From the NCBI GenBank assembly GCA_965223325.1, contig CBDCWI010000002.1:3040001-3104000 (forward strand): a stretch of 64,000 nt of DNA, given 5' to 3'. Position numbers and translations under genes: made by a program. The notes beneath the pieces are model-generated. The model saw nothing but the letters and a program-made list of their open reading frames with translations, was not told where the DNA came from and did not search any database. Shown here one piece after another: positions 38,153-48,904 of this stretch; position 1 is the stretch's first letter; each line of letters begins with the position of its first letter. The DNA is from Candidatus Multivoradales bacterium. Its GTDB lineage: Bacteria; Acidobacteriota; Thermoanaerobaculia; Multivoradales; Multivoraceae.

Positions 38153-38806
38153 ATGGCCACCGACTCCAGCACACCGAACGCCCTGCTCGACGCCGCCGAG
38201 AGACTGCTCGCCGAACGCGGTCTCGGGGTCTCGCTGCGCGAAATCACCAAGGCCGCCGGGGCGAACCTGGCGTCGGTCAACTACCACTTCGGGTCCAAGA
38301 CTGCCCTCATTCACGCCGTCATCGAGCGCAGGGTCGCGCCCATGAACGAGGAACGGGCGCGCTTGCTCGACAGCTACGTCGCTGCCGCCAGTCCCGACGC
38401 GCCGGCCCTCGAGCAGGTACTGCATGCGCTTCTAGCACCCGCCTTCCGCTTCGGCGACGACAAGTCGCACGACTTCGCCCCTACCCTCTCGCGCCTGACC
38501 TTCGAACGCGACAAAGAGATCGCGGCGCTTTTGTTCGAGAGCTTCAAGCCGACCATGGAGCGCTTCTTCGAGGTCCTCGGGCGTTGCCTGCCGGAGCTAC
38601 CGCCGAAGGTGCTTCTGTCACGGCTGCACTTCTCGGTCGGAGCGATGGCGATGACGGTCTCCAACAACCAGGCTTACCGACGCATGGCCGCGGCGGCAGG
38701 CAACGTCCCGGTCGAGCGACGCGAGCGCAGTCTCGAGCGCCTGGTGAACTTTCTTGCGGCCGGTTTTCGTGCTCCCGTGTCGACCCCTGGACGCGGCATG
38801 CGATGA
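38153..38806 (+). CDS. TetR-family regulator (PsrA-like)
   Basis: LLDAAERLLAERG..SLREITKAAGANLASVNYHFGSK...MNEERARLLD...FLAAGFRAP. Confidence 0.9.
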   Translation: MATDSSTPNALLDAAERLLAERGLGVSLREITKAAGANLASVNYHFGSKTALIHAVIERRVAPMNEERARLLDSYVAAASPDAPALEQVLHALLAPAFRFGDDKSHDFAPTLSRLTFERDKEIAALLFESFKPTMERFFEVLGRCLPELPPKVLLSRLHFSVGAMAMTVSNNQAYRRMAAAAGNVPVERRERSLERLVNFLAAGFRAPVSTPGRGMR

Positions 38807-40302
38807 GGTCCACCATGCGCGCTAGAACAAGAACCCTCTCTACTCTGGCCTCGGCCATGCTCCTTGCAGGCTGCGGGTCGACCCGCGACGCTCGAGCACC
38901 GCAGCTGGTGACCGAACCACCGGCCCAGTTCGCCGCCAGCGTTTCAGCACCTGCTGGTTCCCCTCTCGCTACTGCGAAGACGTGGAGCTTCCTTGGCGAC
39001 CCGCTTCTCGAGGAACTGATTGCCGAAGCGCTTGCGAACAACCCGAACCTCAACGCTCTGCGCGCCACCGTCGAGCAGGCTCTGGCTGGAGCGCGCATCG
39101 AAGGCGCAGCGCTCTCACCACAGGTAAGCGCCGGGCTCAATGGAGCACGCCGCAAGCAGAACTTCATTGGCTTTCCGATTCCTGGCGGCGAAGACGGCGT
39201 CTTGTCGTCGACGTCGACCAGCGTTGGCCTGTCGCTCAATGTGAGCTGGGAAGCCGACCTGTGGGGAAGGCTGCGCGCCGGAAAGGCGGCCGCCTGGGCT
39301 GACGCCGATGCAGCGCGCGCCGATCTCGCAGCGGCCCACCTGTCGCTCGCTGCACAGACCGCCAAGAGCTGGTTCGCGCTCATCGAAGCCTCGCGCCAGG
39401 TGCAACTTGCCGAACGCGAGCTCACGAGCAGGGGCGATTCAGAGACGAGCGTAGGGCGCCGTTACGAGCGCGGGCTGGTGTCGTCGCTCGAGATCCGCCT
39501 GGCCCGCACCCAGACGCAAATCGTGGCGTCCCAGCTCGCGGAGCGCCAACGCCAACTCGACGCCTTGACCCGGCAGCTCGAAGTCCTGCTCGGACGTTAC
39601 CCGGGAGCGGAACTGTCCGCAGCGAACGACTTGCCGCCGGCGCCACCGCTTTTCGGTCCCGGCCTCCCGGCCGACGTCATTGCGCGCCGACCCGATCTGG
39701 CGGCCAGCGAGCGCCGAGCGCTGGCGGCCTCGGCCCGTTTGCGCGCCGCAGATCGGGCGCGCTATCCGAGCCTTTCGTTGACCGGCTCGACCGGTACGGC
39801 GAGCAACGAACTGAGCGACCTTCTCGACGGCGACTTCTCGGTCTGGAGCCTGGCGGCCGGGCTTTTACAACCAGTGTTTCAGGGGGGCCGCCTACGCGCT
39901 GCCCGGGATGTCGCCGACGCCGGGCTCGAAGTGGCCGAACAACGCTGGCTCGAGGCAACCCTCTCCGCCTACCTCGAGGTCGAATCCGCGCTCGCAGCAG
40001 AAGGCTACCTCGACGACCTCGTCACCGCTCTCGCCTCGGCGACCTCAGAGAGCCGGGCCGCCGAAGAGCTGGCGAGCGAGCGCTACCGCAACGGCCTGCT
40101 CGACTACCTCGGTCTACTCGAGAGCCAGCGCACTGCCTTTCAGTCGGCCAGTCAGCTGCTCACCGCCCAGAGACAACGCCTCGACGCGCGCGTCGATCTG
40201 TTGCTGGCGCTCGGAGGGCCGACCGATTTTCTGCCCAACGATGCCGAACTACTCGAGGCATCCGCACCATCACTCGGTTCGAACGAAAGTTCCAGGGAAT
40301 AG
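38803..40302 (+). CDS. RND outer-membrane factor lipoprotein (NodT/TolC family)
   Basis: Lipobox LLAGC; DPLLEELIAEALANNPNL, SWEADLWG, RRPDL, LLLALGG. Confidence 0.93.
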   Translation: MRSTMRARTRTLSTLASAMLLAGCGSTRDARAPQLVTEPPAQFAASVSAPAGSPLATAKTWSFLGDPLLEELIAEALANNPNLNALRATVEQALAGARIEGAALSPQVSAGLNGARRKQNFIGFPIPGGEDGVLSSTSTSVGLSLNVSWEADLWGRLRAGKAAAWADADAARADLAAAHLSLAAQTAKSWFALIEASRQVQLAERELTSRGDSETSVGRRYERGLVSSLEIRLARTQTQIVASQLAERQRQLDALTRQLEVLLGRYPGAELSAANDLPPAPPLFGPGLPADVIARRPDLAASERRALAASARLRAADRARYPSLSLTGSTGTASNELSDLLDGDFSVWSLAAGLLQPVFQGGRLRAARDVADAGLEVAEQRWLEATLSAYLEVESALAAEGYLDDLVTALASATSESRAAEELASERYRNGLLDYLGLLESQRTAFQSASQLLTAQRQRLDARVDLLLALGGPTDFLPNDAELLEASAPSLGSNESSRE

Positions 40303-40308
40303 CACCTC

Positions 40309-41532
40309 ATGTGGAAGAAGATCCTCACCCCCGTTGTCATTCTGCTTGTCGGCGCCGCGCTGGCGGCGACCGCCTGGACGCTGCGACCCCGGGCCGAACG
40401 CGAACCCCGAGAGGCTCTGCCACCCCAGGTGCGGGTGATCGAAGCGCAGCCGCGAACCGAGAACCTGGTCGTGCGCTCTCGAGGCACGGTCGAGGCCAAG
40501 ACCGAGGCGCAGCTGGTGTCAGAGATCGGCGGTGCGATCACCTGGGTATCGCCTGACTTCGAGGACGGCGGCTTCTTTCGCCGCGGCGATGTGCTGCTCA
40601 GAATCGACCCGCGCGACTACGAGCTCGCCGTCACCTCGGCAAAGGCGCAGGAAGCGCAGGCGCGCGTGAGCCTGGCGCGCGAGGAAGCCGAGGCCGAGGT
40701 TGCGCGGGCCGAGTGGGAAGCCATCGGTGAGGGTGAGGCGAGTCCGCTGGTGCTGCGTCAGCCGCAGCTCGAAGAGGCACGCGCCAAGGTCGCGGCGGCA
40801 GAAGCGCAGGTCGCACGCGCCGAGCTTGATCTCACGCGAACCCGGGTGCGTGCACCGTTCGCTGGCCGGCTCCGCGATCAACGCGTCGACCTGGGTGAGT
40901 TCGTCAACCGCGGCACTCCCTTGGCAACCATCTATTCGATCGACGTCGCTGAGATCAGACTTCCCATTCCCGACAACCAGCTCGCCTACCTCGACCTCGA
41001 CCTCGGCTCGGCCAACGCCAGCGGTCCTTCCGTTGAACTCACCAGCGACTTCGCCGGCCGCCACCATCAATGGACCGGGCGTGTCGTCCGCACCGGCGGT
41101 TCGATCGACCCCAACACGCGGATGGTCGAACTGATCGTCGAAGTGCCAAAGCCCTTCGCCACCGGTACGGAACGCCCACCTCTGGCGCCGGGCATGTTCG
41201 TCGAAGCCACAATCTCTGGGCGAGAAGCGAGTGGCGTCTATCGCGTTCCGCGCTACGCGCTCTCCGGCGACGATCGCGTGATCGTCGTCGACGATGACAA
41301 CCAGCTGAGCTTCCGGACCGTCGACATTCTGCGCAGTTCCGGCGACGACCTTCTTCTCGAAAGAGGGCTCTCGCCGGGTGACCGGGTCCTCCTGACCGCT
41401 CTCGACAACCCACTCGAAGGGATGGTGGTCGAACCGCGAATCGAGGGCGAAACCAGGAGGCCGAGCCAGGGCGAGAGCCCGACAGAGATCGACGTGACCA
41501 TCGACGGCGCAGTAAGCGAGGCGAGCTCATGA
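40309..41532 (+). CDS. RND periplasmic adaptor (membrane fusion protein)
   Basis: N-terminal TM; GDVLLRIDPRDYE, RTRVRAPFAG, LAPGMFVEATI. Confidence 0.93.
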   Translation: MWKKILTPVVILLVGAALAATAWTLRPRAEREPREALPPQVRVIEAQPRTENLVVRSRGTVEAKTEAQLVSEIGGAITWVSPDFEDGGFFRRGDVLLRIDPRDYELAVTSAKAQEAQARVSLAREEAEAEVARAEWEAIGEGEASPLVLRQPQLEEARAKVAAAEAQVARAELDLTRTRVRAPFAGRLRDQRVDLGEFVNRGTPLATIYSIDVAEIRLPIPDNQLAYLDLDLGSANASGPSVELTSDFAGRHHQWTGRVVRTGGSIDPNTRMVELIVEVPKPFATGTERPPLAPGMFVEATISGREASGVYRVPRYALSGDDRVIVVDDDNQLSFRTVDILRSSGDDLLLERGLSPGDRVLLTALDNPLEGMVVEPRIEGETRRPSQGESPTEIDVTIDGAVSEASS

Positions 41533-44500
41533 AGTCTCTGATCTCGTGGTTCGCCAAGAACGGCGTCGCCGCCAATCTGTTGATGGCATTCATCGTCTTC
41601 ATGGGCCTCTTCGCGCTCACAACCGTCGTTCTCGAGGTCTTCCCTGAGATGTCGACGCAGACGGTCTCGGTCACGGTCCCCTATCTGGGTGCGGCTCCCG
41701 AAGAAGTTGAAGTGGCCGTTTGCATTCGCGTCGAAGAAGCGATTCAAGATGTCACCGGGATTCGCAAGCTGCGCTCGACGGCATCGGAAGGCATATGCAG
41801 CGTTGTCGCCGAGCTCGAAACCGATACCGACTCGCGAAAAGCGCTCGACGACATCAAATCGCGAGTCGATGCCATCGAGACCTTTCCCGAAGAGACCGAG
41901 AAGCCCATCATCCAGGAGATCCTGATCCGCCGCCGGGTCATCTCCCTGGCGATCTCGGGTGACATCGACGAACGCTCTCTCAAGCAGCTCGCCGAGCAGG
42001 CGCGGGACGAACTCTACGCCAGCCCCGACATCACCCAGGTCGATCTGGCGGCGGTACGGCCCTACGAGATTTCAATCGAAGTCTCGGAGGCCAACCTCGA
42101 GCGCTACAACCTGACCTTCGACGACGTCGTGCGTGCGGTGCGCTCGTCGGCCATCGACCTGCCGGGTGGGGCCGTCAAATCAGCTGCGGGCGAGATTCTG
42201 CTGCGCACCAAGGGTCAGGTCTACGAGGGCGCAGCGTTCGAACGGCTACCGCTAGCAACCAGGCCCGACGGTACACGCCTCCTGGTTGGCGACGTGGCAA
42301 CGGTCATTGACGGCTTCGCCGACACCGACCTGACGGCCCGCTTTGACGGCAAGCCGATGGCCGAGGTGCAGGTCTTCCGGGTCGGCGACCAGAGCGCCAT
42401 CAAGATCGCCGACCACGTCAAAGAGTACGCGCAGAGCCTTTCCGAGACGCTACCCGAGGGGGTCGAGGCCACGACCTGGCAAGACGACACTCTGATTCTG
42501 CGCGACCGTCTCGATGTGCTGCTACGCAATGGTCGCATGGGCCTCCTGTTGGTCTTCCTGGTCCTGGCGCTGTTTCTCAAGCTGCGACTCGCCGGCTGGG
42601 TCGCCGTCGGTATCGGGGTCTCATTCATGGGGGCGGTAGCGTTGATGCCGGTTCTCGGCGTGACCGTCAACATCATTTCGCTCTTTGCGTTCATCCTGGT
42701 CCTGGGCATCGTGGTCGACGATGCGATCGTCGTTGGCGAGAACATCTATCGACATTTCGAGGAGGGCCAGACCGGCCTCATCGCAGCGATCAACGGCGCC
42801 TCGGAGGTTGCGATCCCGGTGACCTTCTCGATTCTCACAACCCTGGCGGCCTTCTGGCCGTTGCTCGCGATTCCTGGCCCGCCGGGTCAGTTCCTGCGCG
42901 TGATTCCCTTGATCGTCATCAGCTGCCTGGTGTTCTCGCTCATCGAGTCGCTTTTGATCATGCCCAATCACCTATCCCACCTTTCCCATCGCCAAGAGGA
43001 GCGGCAACCGGCAACCGGCTTGCGCGGCCTGCCGCGCCGCCTGCTGGCAGCGTGGGGGCGCGTGCAGAACCGTGTCACCGGCGGTCTGACCCGCTTGATC
43101 AAGGGGTTCTACGAGCCTTTCCTCGATTTCGCAATCGAATGGCGCTACGCCACGATCGCCATCGGCATCGCCCTCCTGATGCTCGTTGGCGGGGCGGTTG
43201 GCGGTGGCTGGGTGACCTTCGAGTTCTTCCCCGAGGTCGAGGCAGACAATGCCTCAGCAACACTCGAGATGCCCCAGGGAACACCCGTCCACGTCACCTC
43301 AGCGGCCATCGCCAGAATCGAGAACGCTGCTCTCGAGCTGCAGCGGCAGCTCGAGGTCGAGGGTGAGGGCGATTCCTTCCGGCACGTGATGGCGAGTGTC
43401 GGTGACCAGCCGTTCACGCGGATGCAGAGACAGAACGGACCCGGCATGGGCACCAGCGGCGGCACCACCTCGGCCCCGCACCTCGGCGAAGTGAACATCG
43501 AGCTCGCCCCGGCGCAGGTGCGCAGCGTCGAGGGGCAAGAAATCCTCAGACGATGGCGCGAACTCGCCGACGAAGTCCCTGACGCCGTCGAGCTCAACTT
43601 CTCGTCGTCGATGATTTCCTTCGGCTCCGCGATCGACGTGCAGCTGACCGCCCTTGACATCGATCAGCTGCAGAGCGCGGCGCGCGATCTCAAGCAAGCA
43701 CTCCGCGACTATCCCGGAGTGATGGAGATCACCGACTCCTACCGCACCGGAAAGCGCGAACTCGAGCTTCAGATCACGCCGCGCGCCGAAGCCCTCGGCT
43801 TTACGCTTGCCGACCTGGCCCGCCAGGTGCGGCAGGCCTTCTATGGCGCTGAGGCCCAGCGCATCCAACGCGGCCGCGACGACGTGCGCGTCATGGTGCG
43901 CTATACCGAAGAGGAGCGCGGCTCGCTCGAGTCTCTAGAGCGCATGCGGCTACGTCAACCGGGAGGTGGCGAGGTGCCGTTCTCCTTCGCAGGGCGCGTC
44001 GAGCCCGGGCGTGGCTTCTCGTCGATCCAGCGCACCGACCGTCGCCGCACGCTCAACGTCAGCGCCGACGTCGACAACGCAGTGGCGAACGCCAACGAGA
44101 TCGTGCGCGATCTCGAACAGGACATCCTGCCGGAGATTCTCGCGCGTCACTCCGGCGTCGGCTACTCGTTGGCCGGTGAACAAGAGGAGCAAATGCGCAC
44201 CTTCGGCGCGCTCGGAAAGGCATTCGGCATCGCACTGGTGATGATCTACGGCCTACTGGCGATTCCCTTTCGCTCCTACCTGCAGCCCCTGATCGTCATG
44301 TCCGCGATTCCCTTCGGTCTCGTAGGCGCAGTCTTCGGCCACGTGATGCTCGGCATGAGCCTGACCATGCTGTCGCTCTTCGGCGTGATCGCACTCACCG
44401 GTGTTGTCGTCAACGACAGTCTGGTGATGGTGGACTTCATCAACAGGCGTTATCGAAGCGGCCTGCCGCTCAATCAGGCAATCCGCGAAGCCGGCGCGGC

Positions 44501-44756
44501 GCGCTTTCGCCCGATCCTCCTCACCTCGCTGACGACCTTTGTCGGCCTGACACCGCTCTTGCTCGAGAAGAGCCTGCAGGCACAGTTCCTGATTCCGATG
44601 GCAACGTCGCTAGCCTTCGGGGTGCTCTTTGCGACCGCGATCACCCTGGTGCTGGTGCCGGTGCTCTACCGCATCCTCGAGGACCTCCGACCCTCCCATG
44701 CGCGCAACGAAGAGGCGCCGGCGATGGGTGGGATCCCCGATCCCGAATACGCCTGA
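41529..44756 (+). CDS. RND efflux permease (AcrB/AcrD/AcrF family)
   Basis: 1075 aa; GIVVDDAIVVGEN, GVVVNDSLV, RFRPILLTSLTT. Confidence 0.95.
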   Translation: MKSLISWFAKNGVAANLLMAFIVFMGLFALTTVVLEVFPEMSTQTVSVTVPYLGAAPEEVEVAVCIRVEEAIQDVTGIRKLRSTASEGICSVVAELETDTDSRKALDDIKSRVDAIETFPEETEKPIIQEILIRRRVISLAISGDIDERSLKQLAEQARDELYASPDITQVDLAAVRPYEISIEVSEANLERYNLTFDDVVRAVRSSAIDLPGGAVKSAAGEILLRTKGQVYEGAAFERLPLATRPDGTRLLVGDVATVIDGFADTDLTARFDGKPMAEVQVFRVGDQSAIKIADHVKEYAQSLSETLPEGVEATTWQDDTLILRDRLDVLLRNGRMGLLLVFLVLALFLKLRLAGWVAVGIGVSFMGAVALMPVLGVTVNIISLFAFILVLGIVVDDAIVVGENIYRHFEEGQTGLIAAINGASEVAIPVTFSILTTLAAFWPLLAIPGPPGQFLRVIPLIVISCLVFSLIESLLIMPNHLSHLSHRQEERQPATGLRGLPRRLLAAWGRVQNRVTGGLTRLIKGFYEPFLDFAIEWRYATIAIGIALLMLVGGAVGGGWVTFEFFPEVEADNASATLEMPQGTPVHVTSAAIARIENAALELQRQLEVEGEGDSFRHVMASVGDQPFTRMQRQNGPGMGTSGGTTSAPHLGEVNIELAPAQVRSVEGQEILRRWRELADEVPDAVELNFSSSMISFGSAIDVQLTALDIDQLQSAARDLKQALRDYPGVMEITDSYRTGKRELELQITPRAEALGFTLADLARQVRQAFYGAEAQRIQRGRDDVRVMVRYTEEERGSLESLERMRLRQPGGGEVPFSFAGRVEPGRGFSSIQRTDRRRTLNVSADVDNAVANANEIVRDLEQDILPEILARHSGVGYSLAGEQEEQMRTFGALGKAFGIALVMIYGLLAIPFRSYLQPLIVMSAIPFGLVGAVFGHVMLGMSLTMLSLFGVIALTGVVVNDSLVMVDFINRRYRSGLPLNQAIREAGAARFRPILLTSLTTFVGLTPLLLEKSLQAQFLIPMATSLAFGVLFATAITLVLVPVLYRILEDLRPSHARNEEAPAMGGIPDPEYA

Positions 44757-44765
44757 GCTCACCGT

Positions 44766-46421
44766 TCAGCGTGCCATCAGGAACGTCAGCCTGCTAGCAG
44801 CCTGCTGCCGGTAATGGATCACCACATCCTGCTTGCCATCTTGGTTGATGTCATGCAACCACACCCGGCGCTCATCGTCCGGTAGTTCCACCGCAACAGC
44901 TCGAGGGCTCTGGGAGAACAGGCGCGGAGTGGGTTCTCCAACATAGACCAAGAGCTCCCGAGGGCCGTTCCCAACCAGAAGGTCGGCGCGGCCGTCCCCG
45001 CTCACATCGCCCAGGAGCACCGCAGGGAAGAAGACCCCGCCCTTCTCGGTACTCCTTCGCGGTCTGATCTCGAGCTCGAAAGAGGGGGACTCCGGGTAGC
45101 GGCCATCCCTGGATCGGTAGGCCGCGACATCGATCGCCACCGACTTCCTGAACATCGCTCGGGCCATGCCGCCGAACCCGACCTTGACGTCGCCAAACAA
45201 CGCGTCGAGCTCACCGTCTCCATCGATATCTTTGAAACGTTGTACTGAGTAGCCCCACGGCTGCATGCCTCCGGCTCTGCCACGGGGAACGATCGCGGCA
45301 TGAGCGCCCTCGGCGGACCCCCAGGTCGACTCACCGCCCGCGGCTCTACCGTGGTGGATTTCGTAGCGGCTGCGTTGCCTGAAAGGACTACGGCCGGTCA
45401 ATGAATGAGTCACGAGATCAGCGACTCCATCGCCGTTCAAGTCGCCGACCAGGTGCAGAACCGTACGGCTGGACTTCTTGCGGAGGCCACTCATGAGCCT
45501 CCACATCCCGACATCGGCGAAGCCGAAACCGAGGGTGTATGGCCCATCTCTGTCGAACGGCACCCCCGGACTGAGGGTCAGCGCCCGAGGAGAGAACGAG
45601 CCTCCCTCGTTCTGGTGATGGACGACGAAATGATCGCGGTTCCAGAACACCAGATCGGACCGACCGTCCTGGTCGTAGTCCATCTCGTGGACTCGGCTCA
45701 GGTACCAGGGAATCGTCGCCGATGTGAGTCCCTGCTCACGGTAGGTTCCACCGCCGTCAAGAGAACGCTCGGCGAGCAGCGGCTCCGGCGGTCCCAGCGC
45801 AAGTGGGGGGGCGAAGGTCCCGTCGCTCTCCTGCAGTGAGATCCAAAAGCCTTCGAAGCGCGGCACGATCAAATCGTCGCGACCGTCGCCGTTGACGTCA
45901 CGTGTGATGTCGACCCGGGGGACTCCGTGGTCCTCCGGCGACCTTGTAAAGGGCAGCTCGACTTCGACGAGAGGGATGGCAGTCTCGCGGGCCGGATCGA
46001 ACCAGCTGAATCGGTCCTCGCCGAAGAGCAACAGCCGCTCCTCACCGTTGATGGTTGCCAGGTCGACGAACTCGAGCTCGGGGTCCAGAGGCGCATCGAC
46101 TGCAAGACTCCAGGTGCCCCCAAGAGAGCCATAGATTCTCACCCGACATTGGTCACTGCCGTCGCAGCGAATCGCCGTGATTTCGCTGGCGGGCCCTCCG
46201 AGAAGGGACCCCATGAGAATCGTCTCTCTTTCGTCCGTTGTGAGGTCATCGCTGAGAAGCAGCTCACTGCGATCGAAACCGAGAAGCCCAGGCGCATCCA
46301 CCTCCGCCGATCCGGCGCGCGCGCAACCGGAGAGTACGACCATGAGGAGGAGCGGGGCCAGGAACCGGAACCAGGTGGTTTCGCAGTCGAATTGAGAACG
46401 GGGTGGTCGCTCGAGGGACAT
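44766..46421 (-). CDS. FG-GAP/VCBS-repeat lipoprotein
   Basis: Lipobox VLSGC; repeats DVNGDGRDDL, DYDQDGRSDL, DLNGDGVADL, DIDGDGELD, DVSGDGRADL, DINQDGKQDV. Confidence 0.85.
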   Translation of the reverse strand: MSLERPPRSQFDCETTWFRFLAPLLLMVVLSGCARAGSAEVDAPGLLGFDRSELLLSDDLTTDERETILMGSLLGGPASEITAIRCDGSDQCRVRIYGSLGGTWSLAVDAPLDPELEFVDLATINGEERLLLFGEDRFSWFDPARETAIPLVEVELPFTRSPEDHGVPRVDITRDVNGDGRDDLIVPRFEGFWISLQESDGTFAPPLALGPPEPLLAERSLDGGGTYREQGLTSATIPWYLSRVHEMDYDQDGRSDLVFWNRDHFVVHHQNEGGSFSPRALTLSPGVPFDRDGPYTLGFGFADVGMWRLMSGLRKKSSRTVLHLVGDLNGDGVADLVTHSLTGRSPFRQRSRYEIHHGRAAGGESTWGSAEGAHAAIVPRGRAGGMQPWGYSVQRFKDIDGDGELDALFGDVKVGFGGMARAMFRKSVAIDVAAYRSRDGRYPESPSFELEIRPRRSTEKGGVFFPAVLLGDVSGDGRADLLVGNGPRELLVYVGEPTPRLFSQSPRAVAVELPDDERRVWLHDINQDGKQDVVIHYRQQAASRLTFLMAR

Positions 46422-46652
46422 TGGTACTCCCTTCTTGTCTCGGGGTTCAGGGTCTCGCGAATCAAAGCCCCGGGGACAACGATGGATTGTTCGAGACGGC
46501 GTTTGGACTCCAGCGAGGGGTAGCAACCAGCCTGCCAACTCGAAACCCCCAGTCCTCCGCGACCATCAAGTCGTGCAACGGCCCAGCGAGTACAAACCAG
46601 GCCAGAGATGTGCACCCAGGGCACAGGGGGTCCCCGAAGAGACGCCCCGCGC

Positions 46653-46895
46653 CTACTCGTCGAGCTTCTCGAGGATCTGCTCGACCTCTGTTTCGGCACG
46701 CCGGATCTTCTCGCGGCAGACCTCGAGCAGGCCAGTGGCTTCGCTGAGCTCCTCACCGAGCTGGTCGATATCGATCTCTTCGCCCTCGATGCGTTGCAGG
46801 ATCTCTTCGAGGCGTTCCATTGCCTCACCGAAGCTCTTGGCATTCTCGCCATCGATCTCGAGCGTTCCCTGCGGGTCATCCTTCTTCTTGCTCAC
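46653..46895 (-). CDS. xseB: Exodeoxyribonuclease VII small subunit
   Basis: SFGEAMERLEEILQRIEGEEIDID...CREKI..AE; follows xseA. Confidence 0.92.
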   Translation of the reverse strand: MSKKKDDPQGTLEIDGENAKSFGEAMERLEEILQRIEGEEIDIDQLGEELSEATGLLEVCREKIRRAETEVEQILEKLDE

Positions 46896-48307
46896 GCCTC
46901 TTCTCCCTCTCCGTTGGCGACCGGTTCTCGGTCTCCGACGGTGGCCGACAGGCTACCGCGAGCCAGGGTGATGGAGACCGCTTCCCCTGGCGCTACCTCG
47001 CTGGCGTCGAGCAGTGCGTGCCCCGCCGCTCCTCGCGTGATGCTGAAGCCCCGCGCCAAGATGCGATCAGGCGACAGCTCGAAACAAAGCCGCGCCAGGG
47101 GTTCGAGTCGCTCGCTAGCCCGCGCGAGGCGTCTCGAAGCCGCGACCGAGAGGGCCCCCGAGTACCGCTTCTCCTTCAGGCGGGCGTCGCGCAAAACGCG
47201 GCGCGCCGGCCCACTGAGGCGTGCAGCCCGACCTGCCAGACGCTCACGCTCGCGCCTTATGCGACTCCGCCCAACGAGGTTGAGCCGACGCCCAAGGTCG
47301 TCGACCGACTGCCCACTCTTCTCGAGGCGAGAGCGCGCGCCCACAACGACGCTGCGAGCATTGCCAAGTCTCGCGCTCGCCGCCGCCAGTCGTTCGCGTG
47401 CCACCTCCTCGAGACTCTCCCATGCGAGCAAGACCTCTCGTTCGGCGCTCGCCATTCGTTGCGCCAGGAACTCGCCAGCCCCTGTTGGGGTTTTGAAGGC
47501 ACGATAGGCGACGCGATCCGCCACTACATCGTCGACTTCGTGTCCAATCCCGGTGAGCACCGGGACGGGGCACTCAGCGATCGCAACGGCCAGCGACCGC
47601 CCATCAAAGGCGGCCAGGTCGGTACGCGAACCGCCACCGCGAATGATGACCAGACAGTCGAATGGATCGTCCACGGACCGTTCGCTCAGCACACGCACGC
47701 CCCGACAAATCGCCGCCTCCGCACCCTGGCCCTGTACGCGTACCCCAGCGCGCACGACCCGAAACGCAAACCCACTTTGCTCGAGCGTGCGCAAGAAATC
47801 GGCATCCGCGGCACTGCCAGGCGAAGTCACCAAGCCAACCGACAGCGGCGCCAGGCTGAGTTCGCGCTCCTTGTTGCGATCGAGCAGCTCGTTCTCTTGC
47901 AGCCAGCGGAGCGTCTCACGGCGACGTTTCTCGAGCATGCCGAGACTGAACACCGCATCAACGTCGCGCGCAATCAGTTGCAGCTTGCCGAACGGTGCGT
48001 AGTAGTCCACCCGTCCGCGCACCCGCAGCGACTGACCCTCCGCCATCTCCTGCCCCGTATGCCGCAGCATGGCCTCGACCCGCCGGCGGTCGCTGGCAAA
48101 CAACACCACGTCGAGCTTCGCAACGACATCGTCACCGCGACCCTTCTCAGCGAGCTCGAAGTAGAGGTGAGGCCCACGACTACGGATCTTCTGAATCTCG
48201 CCCGAGACCCAGACCGACGGGTAGGCGTGCCCGAGGATCTCGGTCAGCTCACGACCCAACTGCGAAACGGTGAGAGTCGGTTCTCCGCGTGCAGGCCCCA
48301 TGCTCAT
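46892..48307 (-). CDS. xseA: Exodeoxyribonuclease VII large subunit
   Basis: VWVSGEI, HLYFEL, IIRGGGS..DL..F, TGIGHEVD, TPTGA, ILARGFSI. Confidence 0.93.
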   Translation of the reverse strand: MSMGPARGEPTLTVSQLGRELTEILGHAYPSVWVSGEIQKIRSRGPHLYFELAEKGRGDDVVAKLDVVLFASDRRRVEAMLRHTGQEMAEGQSLRVRGRVDYYAPFGKLQLIARDVDAVFSLGMLEKRRRETLRWLQENELLDRNKERELSLAPLSVGLVTSPGSAADADFLRTLEQSGFAFRVVRAGVRVQGQGAEAAICRGVRVLSERSVDDPFDCLVIIRGGGSRTDLAAFDGRSLAVAIAECPVPVLTGIGHEVDDVVADRVAYRAFKTPTGAGEFLAQRMASAEREVLLAWESLEEVARERLAAASARLGNARSVVVGARSRLEKSGQSVDDLGRRLNLVGRSRIRRERERLAGRAARLSGPARRVLRDARLKEKRYSGALSVAASRRLARASERLEPLARLCFELSPDRILARGFSITRGAAGHALLDASEVAPGEAVSITLARGSLSATVGDREPVANGEGEEA

Positions 48308-48380
48308 GTACGAACTCTAGCGCCGCGAGCCCCGACGCCGGTCCAGGACACCCCCACTGGAGTCTCCAAGAGTGCCCTCA

Positions 48381-48780
48381 AACCCACCGCAGACCTACGA
48401 AGCTCTTGCAGGGCGGCTCCAAACAAACACCGCGCTCGCAACAGACCCCCTTGGCCCCCGAAGCCCATCGCCCGAAAACCGAACCCCGCCGCAGAGCCTC
48501 GAACGACACTCTCACAGCGAAACCAAGGTCCGCGGCGAGCGCGACAACCCACGCAGGCCTACGAAGCTCCTGCAAGGCGGCTCAAAGCGAACACCGCAAA
48601 CGCAACAGACCCCCTTGCACCCCGAAGCCCATCGCCCAAAAACCAACTCTCGCCGCTGAGCCCCGAACAACACTCTCACAGCGAAACCAAGGTCCGCGGC
48701 GCTCGACAACCCACCGCAGGCCTACGAAGCTCCTGCAAGGCGGCCGCAAACGAAGGCGGCACACGCAACGGACCGCTTGC
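48381..48780. repeat. Non-coding tandem repeat, ~2.4 copies of a 162-165 bp unit
   Basis: Units start at 48381, 48546 and 48708 (AACCCA(C)CGCAG.CCTACGAAGCTC.TGCA.GGCGG); shared blocks CGCAACAGACCCCCTTG, CGAAGCCCATCGCCC, CACTCTCACAGCGAAACCAAGGTCCGCGGCG. Confidence 0.9.
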
Positions 48781-48904
48781 GCCGCAAGGGTGACGCTAGC
48801 GTGCGCCGTGGTAACCACACACCGCTACCACAAGACCGTAACCCCACCCGTACCGCGCAACCAACCAGGTCCACGTCACCATGGCCGACCAACCACGGCG
48901 CACG

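Noticed and set aside
48381-48780. Possible CRISPR array
   Set aside because: Whole units are homologous with no unique spacers, the period is ~164 bp and no cas genes are present
46820-48793. 657-aa + strand ORF with a repetitive C-terminus
   Set aside because: Antisense to xseA; the repeats are only a translation of the T-poor DNA repeat
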